Shown here piece by piece: positions 10,302 through 18,806 of a stretch of 63,005 bases of DNA. How positions within the stretch are numbered: position 1 is the stretch's first letter; every line of letters begins with the position of its first letter. The notes beneath the pieces are model-generated. The model had not been told where the DNA came from, made no database searches, and saw only the letters and a list, made by a program, of their open reading frames with translations. The stretch comes from Ignavibacteria bacterium UBA7675 (GTDB taxonomy: Bacteria; Bacteroidota; Ignavibacteria; Kapaibacteriales; UB7675). Made by a program: the position numbers and the translations under genes. Location of the stretch: positions 16,602-79,606 of the forward strand of contig DLHF01000063.1 in assembly GCA_002483085.1 (NCBI GenBank), read 5' to 3'.

Positions 10302-10845
10302 ATCGTGAGATCGCTGATGCGACCTCCTCATCGGGCTGCGACATCCAGAACTCTGAATCATACTCGCTGTTCAGGAGCGCCTTGTGTTCGGGCGTGACAC
10401 CGCGCATGTCCAGTATCAGCTTCAGATACCCGACGTTGTATTTCGTGCCAACGCCTACCGATGCGAGGTTGCGCACAGCCTGTTCCTGCTTTATCTCTTC
10501 GTAGATTCTATCGGCGTCGGCAATCGCCTTCTCCGCATTCTTGATTTCCTTCTGCAACTGACTTGGCGATGCCGCGCCTTCCTTCGTCAGCAGACCCGGA
10601 TCGGCGAGCAGGTTCCGCGCATTATCGATGGCAGTCTGCGCATTATTGATGGCAGTCTGCGCTTGTGCGGCACGTGCCAACAGGCGCTTGGATGCCGCGT
10701 CCCACTGCTCGGCTTCGTCGATATGTTTCTGGTTCAGTTCCATGTATTGCATGCGCAGCCTGGGAGTAAGGGGGCGGAGCTTGCATCCGAACTCTTCGGT
10801 TTCGCCGTCCGGCGTCTCATGGTACAGTCTGATAACTTCTTTCAT
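10291..10845 (-). CDS. Tail assembly chaperone (gpG-like)
   Basis: Between tail tube and tape measure; ends CGA TTT CGA GGA TGA; internal 21-bp tandem repeat (AQTAINN/AQTAIDN). Confidence 0.7.
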   Translation of the reverse strand: MKEVIRLYHETPDGETEEFGCKLRPLTPRLRMQYMELNQKHIDEAEQWDAASKRLLARAAQAQTAINNAQTAIDNARNLLADPGLLTKEGAASPSQLQKEIKNAEKAIADADRIYEEIKQEQAVRNLASVGVGTKYNVGYLKLILDMRGVTPEHKALLNSEYDSEFWMSQPDEEVASAISRFRG

Positions 10846-10887
10846 ATCCGTGTTGTATTATGTGATTGGAAAATGAGTCTGAATAAA

Positions 10888-10914
10888 TGCGGCCAGCCGC
10901 ACTCGCTGGCCGCA
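10888..10914 (-). terminator. Terminator-like hairpin after the tail tube gene
   Basis: TGCGGCCAGC...GCTGGCCGCA stem followed by TTTATT on the minus strand. Confidence 0.55.
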
Positions 10915-10926
10915 CGAGAGCACTAC

Positions 10927-11562
10927 TTATGCGGCTTCGGTCAGGAAGAACCGGTCGTAGTAGTACTTATAGCCGAGTACCGGATCGGTAATGGTCGCGA
11001 CATCGATCAGGTCGGCAACGAACAGGTCGGCGGCGATTGTCAGTCCCGAGGCGGCCAGGCACGGCACCGATACAAACTCGAACCCCGGTGCAACCCAGTC
11101 ACCGGCTTTTTGCGAGTGTCCGCCTGATGTCTTTTTGAGTGTACCGATTGCGCCGTACACCATGCGTTTTGTGCCGCCACTGATTACGCCACCGTAGGAC
11201 AGACACAGTACATGCACACCGCCTGAAGCGGAGCCGCCGATACTGCGGCCTGTCTCATCTATAAGCGTTTGCGTTGTCACCGTGGCGCTGGACGACGTGC
11301 GGGGGACGAGAACCTTAACCGCCGCATCTGACGTGTCGTCGAGCGTTGTCTGATTGATCTTGATGTTCAGCTCGCCGGTCTCTGTGATCGAGTAATCGGT
11401 CTGCACGACAATACCGTCGCCGGTCGTACCGCCCAGTACCAGTGCCGCGCCGGATGCGGCGGTGGCTTCGGTTGTGCCGGACGTTCCTGAATAGATGGTG
11501 GCATGGTCTGCACTTACGCGAAAAAACGCACAGCGACCACCACCGGAATTAATAGCACCCAT
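10927..11562 (-). CDS. Putative major tail (tube) protein
   Basis: 211 aa, G/T/S-rich, directly upstream of chaperone and tape measure; no sheath gene seen. Confidence 0.65.
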   Translation of the reverse strand: MGAINSGGGRCAFFRVSADHATIYSGTSGTTEATAASGAALVLGGTTGDGIVVQTDYSITETGELNIKINQTTLDDTSDAAVKVLVPRTSSSATVTTQTLIDETGRSIGGSASGGVHVLCLSYGGVISGGTKRMVYGAIGTLKKTSGGHSQKAGDWVAPGFEFVSVPCLAASGLTIAADLFVADLIDVATITDPVLGYKYYYDRFFLTEAA

Positions 11563-11631
11563 GTAGACATCCCATTGGAGAGATAGAGTAATCGCCTGCT
11601 GTGATTTAATCGCTACGTGTGGTTGAAATTT

Positions 11632-12783
11632 TTATGTCCAGAAAAGCACCCGCCACCGTGAATCGTGATACCAGAGGAAATAGCAGTAGTGCGAGCTGGA
11701 CGATCCGCTGGGCCAGTTGAATCTGTTTTCTGCAACGCTACTGGTATTCTCATGCGGCAGCACAACATGGCCGCCGTGAAATACGAGTATCCTGATCTGA
11801 TCCTCTACGCCGTCAGCAATGCCCGACATCGAATTAGCCGGATCGGTCGCGTCGATAAACGTGATAATCGCATCGCCCAGAGCAACGTCGTGGTTCGCGC
11901 CGCCTGTCACCAGCGTCCCGGTGTTACTTTTGAAGTTCAGCAACTGCGCGAATACCATGCCCAGCGCATCGATGCGGAATTTCTCATCGCCGAGAATCTC
12001 AGCATACGCGATGTCGCCTCCGGAGCCGTATGCGTCGATCAGCCGCAAGAGTGGCTGCAGCGCCGTGAATCCGGCTTCGATCAGCGCCCGACTGATCGTG
12101 AATGTCGCGCCCGTGTTGTTCCCCGTGAGTGTGCCGCCCTGGTGGGCGAATCCGGCTCCGTGCTGCCGGGACTCCATGAACGCCCCGTAGCTTTTATCGC
12201 TTTTCAGATGTCCGCCATACCCGGTATCTGCCGACGTTCGTATCGGCATGCCGCTACTGGTCGCCACGGCATCGATACAGTAACCCGAGACAACAAACAG
12301 CTTCATCACTATTCCGCTATTGGCCGACGCCCTTACTCCTTCTCCCGATCCGGCGTCGCCGATACTCACCAATTGCCCGAACGTGGGCGCGGCACCGATG
12401 CCGATGTATGAGCCGTCGACCTGAATCGCGCTGGTCGCTGTGAGCGTCGTCCCGTTGAAATACAACGTTTGTTTGTTTGTGCCGCCCGGAACAGTTCCGC
12501 CGCCCGTGATCTTGATGTGTCGCCGTCCACCGCCATCCGTCCCGATTGCCGTTACCGTCACACCGCCGAAACCTTGAATCGCGAAACCTTGCGAGTTGTA
12601 TAAATCCTCGCCGACTACATTGATTTCCACAGGTGCAGAGGATGCGTACGAGAGTCCATCGCCACCGGGCTTTACGACGACAACCTTGCCGCCGTGCCCG
12701 ACGTAGGAATCAACATCAGCGAGGTCGAGGAATCGCAAGAGTACAAGCTTGATATATCCGGCAGCAACTTTGAGGACATACAT
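11632..12783 (-). CDS. Fiber-like virion structural protein
   Basis: FLDLADVDSYVGHGGKVVVV motif of the type seen in phage fibers; Gly-rich beta repeats. Confidence 0.55.
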   Translation of the reverse strand: MYVLKVAAGYIKLVLLRFLDLADVDSYVGHGGKVVVVKPGGDGLSYASSAPVEINVVGEDLYNSQGFAIQGFGGVTVTAIGTDGGGRRHIKITGGGTVPGGTNKQTLYFNGTTLTATSAIQVDGSYIGIGAAPTFGQLVSIGDAGSGEGVRASANSGIVMKLFVVSGYCIDAVATSSGMPIRTSADTGYGGHLKSDKSYGAFMESRQHGAGFAHQGGTLTGNNTGATFTISRALIEAGFTALQPLLRLIDAYGSGGDIAYAEILGDEKFRIDALGMVFAQLLNFKSNTGTLVTGGANHDVALGDAIITFIDATDPANSMSGIADGVEDQIRILVFHGGHVVLPHENTSSVAENRFNWPSGSSSSHYCYFLWYHDSRWRVLFWT

Positions 12784-13341
12784 TTACTTCTCACGTGTTA
12801 ATGCCTGGGCAACAAGTACACCGACAACGCCGACACCGGCACCGTAGCTAGCCCATTCCAGTTTCTTTGCGACCGGGAAAACTTCCACCGGCACCATGAC
12901 TGATCGCTCGACGATTTTCACCTGTCGCGCAGAGGGCCTGTGATACAGCGCCAAACGCTCTGAGAGCGCGAGGAACGACAGAGAGATGGTGTCGCAGGCA
13001 TTATCTACACACAGCAGCGTGTCGGCCCTGTATATGCGCTCTACGGTATCGCGTCGCTCCTGCGCACGTTCGCGGATCAACGCGTAGAGCGAGTCGATCT
13101 GCTTCATTGCCTTTTCGTAGAAATAGCGATCTGTACTGTTGTGTACGACGTGTATATCGTGTACCGTATCGATGCGCTTTTCGATGCGTACGACCGGCAT
13201 CGGTATCTCGCGGATGACCTCGCGGTCAACGTATTGAATCCCGGGCGCATCCTTGCTGCGAGAGCATGACGGAATCAGCGCCGCAAACAGACCAGCGATA
13301 AGGATTACGCCCGAGACTATATACATCAGTAGTTTACGCAT
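12784..13341 (-). CDS. Putative spanin (lipoprotein signal plus C-terminal TM helix)
   Basis: Hydrophobic N-terminus ending in IPSC, C-terminal hydrophobic GAGVGVVGVLVAQAL; follows the endolysin. Confidence 0.55.
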   Translation of the reverse strand: MRKLLMYIVSGVILIAGLFAALIPSCSRSKDAPGIQYVDREVIREIPMPVVRIEKRIDTVHDIHVVHNSTDRYFYEKAMKQIDSLYALIRERAQERRDTVERIYRADTLLCVDNACDTISLSFLALSERLALYHRPSARQVKIVERSVMVPVEVFPVAKKLEWASYGAGVGVVGVLVAQALTREK

Positions 13342-14257
13342 AGCGCACAGGGGTTAGATGAGTAGATCTAAAAACATTGAATGGGCTCGACAGTTTCTTC
13401 AGGTCTCGCTTTCGCCTCCAAACGCCGTCGCCGTTGTGTTGCGACCCTTTCTCGCCGCTGCTGGTGTTCGCCTCGACGGTCTCTGTATTGGTCACGAACA
13501 CCGCGATATGGCCGCCGCCCTGCCGGTAAAAAATGAGGAGCCATCCGCACAGATCAGCGGGCGGTTTTTTGGTCGGCAGGGCGATACTTTCACTCGTGAT
13601 AAATGCGCGTGCCCTGGCTGATCGAACGGGCGGATACACAGCGCCGGACAGGTGCAGCGCGTACGAGGTAATAGAGGCGCAATTGGAGGAGCCGAGCGCA
13701 ACCTTGCAGAATGTGTTAGCCGAATCGCATAACCAGTTTCGGTTCGGCCTGGTCTCGACGATGCCGACCCATGACAGGAACAGCTCGACGTGAGGAGGAT
13801 ACATCGCAGCCGTTACCGGCTCCGTTGTCTGCATTAGCATTTCGGCAGGTTCACCCGTTACGGTGATCGGCGCTACGGCAACGGTTGCCGTCGTCTCTAT
13901 TAGCACCGATTGCGCCTGGAGCTGCGCGGCGCGATTGGCAGACATAACCACCGACGAACCGACGACAGCTCCAGGCGCTTTCGGCACCGCCAGCAATGCC
14001 GCCGAGAATATCAAGGCAAGGGCGATGTACCGCGAACCGCGTACGACTGCGGCAGCCATGTTGCCCTTCTTCACTTCTTCCTGGTCGTCTACATCGTTCC
14101 AGACTACAGCATCGTGCAGGTAACTAGCAACCTCCAGAAAACCCCATCCGATAAACGCGAATGCGATAATCGTGTACTGGTTGATTCCGTACTCGTACAT
14201 CAGCGCCATTGAGCAGATGGCCGCGAGGAATACTGCGAGGACATAGAGAAATTTCAT
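13334..14257 (-). CDS. Endolysin: N-terminal DUF350-like membrane domain plus CHAP/NlpC-P60-like peptidase
   Basis: EEVKKGNMAAAV with three hydrophobic helices; SNCAS (Cys), GGGHIA (His), VEANTS. Confidence 0.7.
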   Translation of the reverse strand: MKFLYVLAVFLAAICSMALMYEYGINQYTIIAFAFIGWGFLEVASYLHDAVVWNDVDDQEEVKKGNMAAAVVRGSRYIALALIFSAALLAVPKAPGAVVGSSVVMSANRAAQLQAQSVLIETTATVAVAPITVTGEPAEMLMQTTEPVTAAMYPPHVELFLSWVGIVETRPNRNWLCDSANTFCKVALGSSNCASITSYALHLSGAVYPPVRSARARAFITSESIALPTKKPPADLCGWLLIFYRQGGGHIAVFVTNTETVEANTSSGEKGSQHNGDGVWRRKRDLKKLSSPFNVFRSTHLTPVRYA

Positions 14258-14511
14258 TGCGAATCCTTTTGTTTGTTATTGATGTTTTGACGGCTATCTC
14301 TGTGCATTTTCCACAACGTCACCAAAGCCGTAATCGCGGCGATAAGAAAGCAGCCTCCCGACCCCCAGTCACCAATCACCTGCGACCATGCCGCCAGCTC
14401 CGGACTCGGCGCAGGAAGCGTGGCAAGCTGCCCGGACAACAGCCCTGCTGTTGCCCAGGCAAACACCCGTGCGCACACGGAGTACAGGTTTTTTACCGAG
14501 TCGAAATACAT
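14254..14511 (-). CDS. Putative holin
   Basis: 85 aa, 1-2 TM segments, basic C-terminus, overlaps the endolysin start. Confidence 0.55.
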   Translation of the reverse strand: MYFDSVKNLYSVCARVFAWATAGLLSGQLATLPAPSPELAAWSQVIGDWGSGGCFLIAAITALVTLWKMHRDSRQNINNKQKDSQ

Positions 14512-14522
14512 GGATAAACTCC

Positions 14523-15059
14523 TTACTCTACAACCTGGATGAAGTAGCGCGAGACTGCATAGGGCGGCATGATGTTGACGTCCTGGCCGCCACCGGCGTT
14601 ACCGATAGAGCCGATGTGCATTTGCGCCGGAACGAAAAACTCCGGTGTCGTGTACTCCGGATCGACAGTCTCACCCGTCCCGCGATCTACCACGGATGCA
14701 GCAAAAACGTTGCCCTCCGGCGACGCGACTAACCCCGGCATGGATGAGGCGAACATCGGGTGGTTGTGCGGCGGCAGATTATCCACGCCGATTGCTGTCG
14801 TGGGAGAGCCTCCGGTGTCGCCAAGCTCAAAACCCTGGACGCCCGAAGCACAGCCGACGCTGAACATTCCACGCTTGTCGGCGATTTGAACCTGATCCAC
14901 TCCCGCAGGAATGTTGAGAGCGGCGAAATAATCAGGATAGTCTACTCGCTGGATGGTCTGACCCAACTGCTCCAGGCAGAGTTTGCCGTCGATGAGCAGA
15001 CTGTGATCCGGCAGACTCGCCAGAACAGGAACCTCAATTTTGTGTACTCTTCCGATCAT
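14523..15059 (-). CDS. Tail collar domain protein
   Basis: GQTIQRVDYPDYFAAL..DKRGMF, NLPPHNH and C-terminal NIMPPYAVSRYFI motifs. Confidence 0.8.
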   Translation of the reverse strand: MIGRVHKIEVPVLASLPDHSLLIDGKLCLEQLGQTIQRVDYPDYFAALNIPAGVDQVQIADKRGMFSVGCASGVQGFELGDTGGSPTTAIGVDNLPPHNHPMFASSMPGLVASPEGNVFAASVVDRGTGETVDPEYTTPEFFVPAQMHIGSIGNAGGGQDVNIMPPYAVSRYFIQVVE

Positions 15060-15087
15060 AAAATTCCCTTGAAAAAAATTAAAAATG

Positions 15088-15666
15088 CTATGCGTATTTT
15101 CTGATCACAACCTGCGTGTACACTTCCTCTACAGACTGTCCGGCAGGCTTGCCGAGCTCTCCGCCAGCCGAGTTCCAACCAACGATAGCTTCAAGGCGAT
15201 ACACTGTTGCAGATGCAATCAAGATCGTCGTTACGCCGAAGCTGTGCGCTTGCGTAGCCGCATCGCTACGGTCATTGTATCCGGCACTGCCGTAGCGTCC
15301 AACGACCTCGCTGTTCGTCACATCGTACAGGCGCGATTTGAACGGGTGAGCTCCAACCGCAGGCATCACCCACATGATCTCGTACGTGCCCGGCTGCAAT
15401 GTGAACTCATCAGAGGATATGCTAACTATGCCGTCCGGATCGTGCCCTGTGTTCAGGGCGCGGGTGATCCATGTGTTTATCGCAGACGGGGTGCCACCAG
15501 CCGTACCCGCACTTTTCACGTCGTAGAGGATCGCCTCTTTCACACGGGCACCTGCTATGGCTGTGCTTACCTGTGCGGCAGTCTGAAAGGTCGACGTGCC
15601 TGCGACAATAGCCGCCTGCACTTGTGCAGCCGTCAGTCCAGGCTCCGGAACGATCTGCCTTCTCAT
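15088..15666 (-). CDS. Virion structural protein (C1q/BclA-like beta-sandwich suspected)
   Basis: WITRALNT..DGIVSISSDEFTLQPGTYEI pattern; lies in the structural operon. Confidence 0.5.
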   Translation of the reverse strand: MRRQIVPEPGLTAAQVQAAIVAGTSTFQTAAQVSTAIAGARVKEAILYDVKSAGTAGGTPSAINTWITRALNTGHDPDGIVSISSDEFTLQPGTYEIMWVMPAVGAHPFKSRLYDVTNSEVVGRYGSAGYNDRSDAATQAHSFGVTTILIASATVYRLEAIVGWNSAGGELGKPAGQSVEEVYTQVVIRKYA

Positions 15667-15989
15667 AATTTGTCCTTCGACATGATAATTGAGAGAGCCC
15701 CGCCGTTGCAGCCGTTTGCGGTGTACTCGTAGCCGAGTTCCTCAGGGCATCCCGTGAAGTCAAGACTATGCACATCGTCGTCGTTGTCTGCTGCATCCAG
15801 CACGATTTCACCGACGATGGATTTGTGCCCGGCTGTGATCCCGTAGACCGTCACAACGCCGTCGAGCGCACCTGTTAGACCTGCGCACGGCACCTGAATA
15901 AATGCCCGCGTAGCCGGATAGAACGGGACGATCTTGATAGCCATGTCAGCCGAGGCCGAGTGCTCCGATACAGCAATTGTGTGCAGCAT
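15663..15989 (-). CDS. Phage hypothetical structural protein
   Basis: Coupled to the next gene; follows the capsid gene. Confidence 0.5.
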   Translation of the reverse strand: MLHTIAVSEHSASADMAIKIVPFYPATRAFIQVPCAGLTGALDGVVTVYGITAGHKSIVGEIVLDAADNDDDVHSLDFTGCPEELGYEYTANGCNGGALSIIMSKDKL

Positions 15990-16011
15990 AATCGCGGGGT
16001 AAAACTTGAAT

Positions 16012-16053
16012 AAAAAAAAGGCGCGTGCGTGCAGGCAGAGAAACGCACGCGCC
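16012..16053 (-). terminator. Intrinsic terminator after the major capsid gene
   Basis: GGCGCGTGCGT/ACGCACGCGCC 11-bp stem plus a T8 run on the minus strand. Confidence 0.75.
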
Positions 16054-16085
16054 CCACACGGAAGCGAATTATTCGTAAGGCTTTT

Positions 16086-17078
16086 TTACGGTTTGAAGTT
16101 GCGGACACGCAGTGCGCAGTTGCGCTTCTTCAGACGCCACGAGCAGCGGAACTCCCATTCTTCCTGACCACTGCGGAGCTGTGCCGCCGAGAGGTCGAAG
16201 GCTTTCCAGTCCAGGCCGGAGTTGGTGAGCAGCGACAGCCAGTTCTCCGACACGCGCACGTAGTAGATGGATGTCGTCACGTTCAGCGGAGTGCCTGTGT
16301 CGTCCGGTTCGGTGTTCAGGATCGATGTGTCCAGAAGCGGAATGATGGGCAAACCGTCGATGGATTTGATTGTGTATCCGAATCGGTCGCGACCTTCCGA
16401 TCCTGCATGGGTTGCGTCGGCGATCGCGCAGATGCTCGCATACATCGCAGGCGATACCCACATCGCGTTACAGCCGGGCACAAGTTGACGCGCAGTGCGG
16501 TGCAGCTTCATAAACTGCGTATAGTTCGCGGTGTTCGTCATGTCGAACGACTTCGGCGTCGATCCGGTGGAATATGTAGCCGCGTTTAGAACGCCCTTCA
16601 CACCTGTGAACCCCGGAATATCATCCGTCCCATTCAGGATATATTGCATCCCCTTAACTGGCGTAGGATCACCTGTACCCGCACTGCGAATCAGGCTCTG
16701 CTCGAACAGGTGTGCGAACTGTGTAAATTCTTCGGGCACCCTCTCATCCATGTACATGCGAATGTCCGACAGGCCGCGCTCGTGATCCGCCAGATGAGTG
16801 TCGTCGATTTTGATAGCACCGCCGTGGAAACGCAGTAGAGTATTCACTTTGCTTTCGGGCGTGATCGCAGAGGCCGTGTAGCCTTCGCCGAGATCACGCG
16901 CCTGGATCGTCGTCGTCGTCGCATTCACCGGACGCCATGCGTCATCAGTCGGGGCGAGCTGGAACCCAGAGTTATCTTCGAGATTGCGGATAAGCGGGGA
17001 TTCCTGAATCAGAAGCCCGAGGGCCGACAGGCCGCGCTGATGTCCGCGCAGGTTGGATAGCGACGCAAGAGTTGCCAT
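16086..17078 (-). CDS. Major capsid protein (HK97 fold)
   Basis: 330 aa after the scaffold gene; ESPLIRNL, GGAIKID, TSIYYVR and ALRVRNF patterns typical of phage capsids. Confidence 0.8.
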   Translation of the reverse strand: MATLASLSNLRGHQRGLSALGLLIQESPLIRNLEDNSGFQLAPTDDAWRPVNATTTTIQARDLGEGYTASAITPESKVNTLLRFHGGAIKIDDTHLADHERGLSDIRMYMDERVPEEFTQFAHLFEQSLIRSAGTGDPTPVKGMQYILNGTDDIPGFTGVKGVLNAATYSTGSTPKSFDMTNTANYTQFMKLHRTARQLVPGCNAMWVSPAMYASICAIADATHAGSEGRDRFGYTIKSIDGLPIIPLLDTSILNTEPDDTGTPLNVTTSIYYVRVSENWLSLLTNSGLDWKAFDLSAAQLRSGQEEWEFRCSWRLKKRNCALRVRNFKP

Positions 17079-17157
17079 GTGATAAACCTCAGTTGAGTTA
17101 CAGAAGCGAATTAGATTTGCGCTGCCCGTGCGGTTAGGATGCGCTTATCCGCCTGCC

Positions 17158-17844
17158 TTAATTCTTCGCGTTCTCCGCGACGTAATCCATAATGCTGCCC
17201 TTGACGCCGTCTGCGATTTTCGTATCCCACTGATGCTGTGAGCCGCCTGCCTTATCGCCTTTTTTGTCGTCGGTTTTCTCGCCCGGCTTCTCCGGCACAG
17301 GCGCTTTCTTGTTCTCCTTTGCAACGATGCCATTGGCGGGCATGTCGTCGAGAATCGACTTTGTGATGTCGTAGTTCTCTTCGAGTTTAGTCTTGTAGAA
17401 ATCACGCTTGTTCGACGATATTTTGCCGAAGTCGACTGCGCTGTCGAGCGTCGACGCGATGTCTTTTTCGCGCTGTGTTTTTTCCTGTGTTTCCGTCTGT
17501 GTTTGGAGCGCCGCCAATTGATCCTGAACCGGCTTAACCGCCGTGGAGATCGCAGTGTTTACTGTGTCGCCGATAAGTTTGCCGAGCGCCGCCATATCTA
17601 ATCCAGGCTGCTGCTGGTTGTTCTGTTGCTGTTGGTTGTTTTGCGTCTGGCTGCCACCGGACAGAGTAGCGAGCGAGTCTGTTAGCTTCTTCACCGAGTC
17701 GTCGGTGAGGACGCCGTCGGCAGGGATCGTCTTCATAAAATCACTGATGGCCGCCTCATACGCAGGCTTCTTATCCTCAGGGATCGTCCACCCCATAATG
17801 CCCGCCAGCTTGTTGAGCCATTCACGTATTTGCTCCAGCTTCAT
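17158..17844 (-). CDS. Capsid scaffolding protein (Mu gpZ-like); start placed at ATG 17844
   Basis: Low-complexity, coiled; LDSAVDFGKISS motif; AAGGA upstream of ATG; directly before the capsid gene. Confidence 0.65.
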   Translation of the reverse strand: MKLEQIREWLNKLAGIMGWTIPEDKKPAYEAAISDFMKTIPADGVLTDDSVKKLTDSLATLSGGSQTQNNQQQQNNQQQPGLDMAALGKLIGDTVNTAISTAVKPVQDQLAALQTQTETQEKTQREKDIASTLDSAVDFGKISSNKRDFYKTKLEENYDITKSILDDMPANGIVAKENKKAPVPEKPGEKTDDKKGDKAGGSQHQWDTKIADGVKGSIMDYVAENAKN

Positions 17845-17901
17845 CGCCGTGTCCTTGTTGGTTGTGCAATCAATTTTCGTGCAAGCTACGGCGAGCGCAA
17901 A

Positions 17902-17939
17902 GCGACAAAATCGCATTAGCGGTAATGCAATTTTTTCGC
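17902..17939. promoter_or_regulatory. Imperfect dyad centred between the divergent late operons
   Basis: GCGACAAAATCGCATTA-GCGG-TAATGCAATTTTTTCGC; arms match at 15 of 17 positions. Confidence 0.55.
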
Positions 17940-17979
17940 GCTCGACTACATTTATTTTGCGTCCAAACAAGGAGGCGCA

Positions 17980-18357
17980 ATGCCGTTCGCAAGTCTGGAT
18001 ACCATCAAGCCGTACATATCAAAAGGGATGCACGAGGCGCTCAACCGCACAGGTTCGGCGATTGCGACATACATCGCCGACGCCGATGTGGAGATTCGTG
18101 ACGTGACCGGATTCCCCATTCCCGAAAGTCTCGACGGGCGGCCCGACTGGGTTGACCGGATCGCGGCGTGGCTGATTGAATACTACGCACGGGCACTCGT
18201 ACCCGCTGGCGGCGGGGAGCACGACCGCATAGCAGACAACTACAAGACCGCGATCACATCGATGCGGAGATACCGGCAAACCGATCCCACACAGAACGCC
18301 AGCAAGGGCGGAGGCTCAGTCGACTGCGGGGCATTTGAAAATCAGGAGAAATGGTAA
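17980..18357 (+). CDS. Mu gp36-like (DUF1320-like) head-tail adaptor
   Basis: MPFASLDTI..YIADADVEI..RIADNYKTAI pattern; strong AAGGAGG RBS. Confidence 0.65.
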   Translation: MPFASLDTIKPYISKGMHEALNRTGSAIATYIADADVEIRDVTGFPIPESLDGRPDWVDRIAAWLIEYYARALVPAGGGEHDRIADNYKTAITSMRRYRQTDPTQNASKGGGSVDCGAFENQEKW

Positions 18358-18806
18358 TGGCACGTCCTACGTTTCGCGGACTATGGCAACAGGTGATCGA
18401 CGCACTTATACTGGAGGCTGCAACGCTCCAGGTTCCGGCAACGGCGATAGAGGCTGGCGTTATTGAGTTCGACACCGATGGCAATCTGGTCATACCACAG
18501 ATGGCTCCGCCGTTTCTGTACGTGTACTGCGTACCGGGGGTGGGCGCACTCTCAGAGGCCGACGAAGTGCGTGTACGCAAAGCGAGTGTCGGCATCCTCG
18601 CCACACCCGAAGTACGCGACACGATCACCGCGACGATCAGCGACGCGGTCGAACTCTGCGAACGCATCGAAGATGTTGTGCGCAGGAAGCTGAAACAATT
18701 GAGCCCGGTTAATCCATTGACCGCGATCGACAAGCCAGGCACTAACGTGATACGCGGCGTCCTGACATTTCAGGCACGCTACAGATCGACAACGGAACCG
18801 GAATGA
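18357..18806 (+). CDS. Putative tail terminator / Mu gp37-like protein
   Basis: Follows the gp36-like gene; size and PFLYVY strand pattern. Confidence 0.5.
   Translation: MARPTFRGLWQQVIDALILEAATLQVPATAIEAGVIEFDTDGNLVIPQMAPPFLYVYCVPGVGALSEADEVRVRKASVGILATPEVRDTITATISDAVELCERIEDVVRRKLKQLSPVNPLTAIDKPGTNVIRGVLTFQARYRSTTEPE

Noticed and set aside
2701-15989. Diversity-generating retroelement or invertible tail-fiber cassette
   Set aside because: No reverse transcriptase, no invertase, and no template/variable repeat pair or inverted crossover sites seen.
17845-17970. N-terminal extension of the scaffold ORF (start at 17970)
   Set aside because: It would cover the divergent promoter region; ATG 17844 has an RBS.
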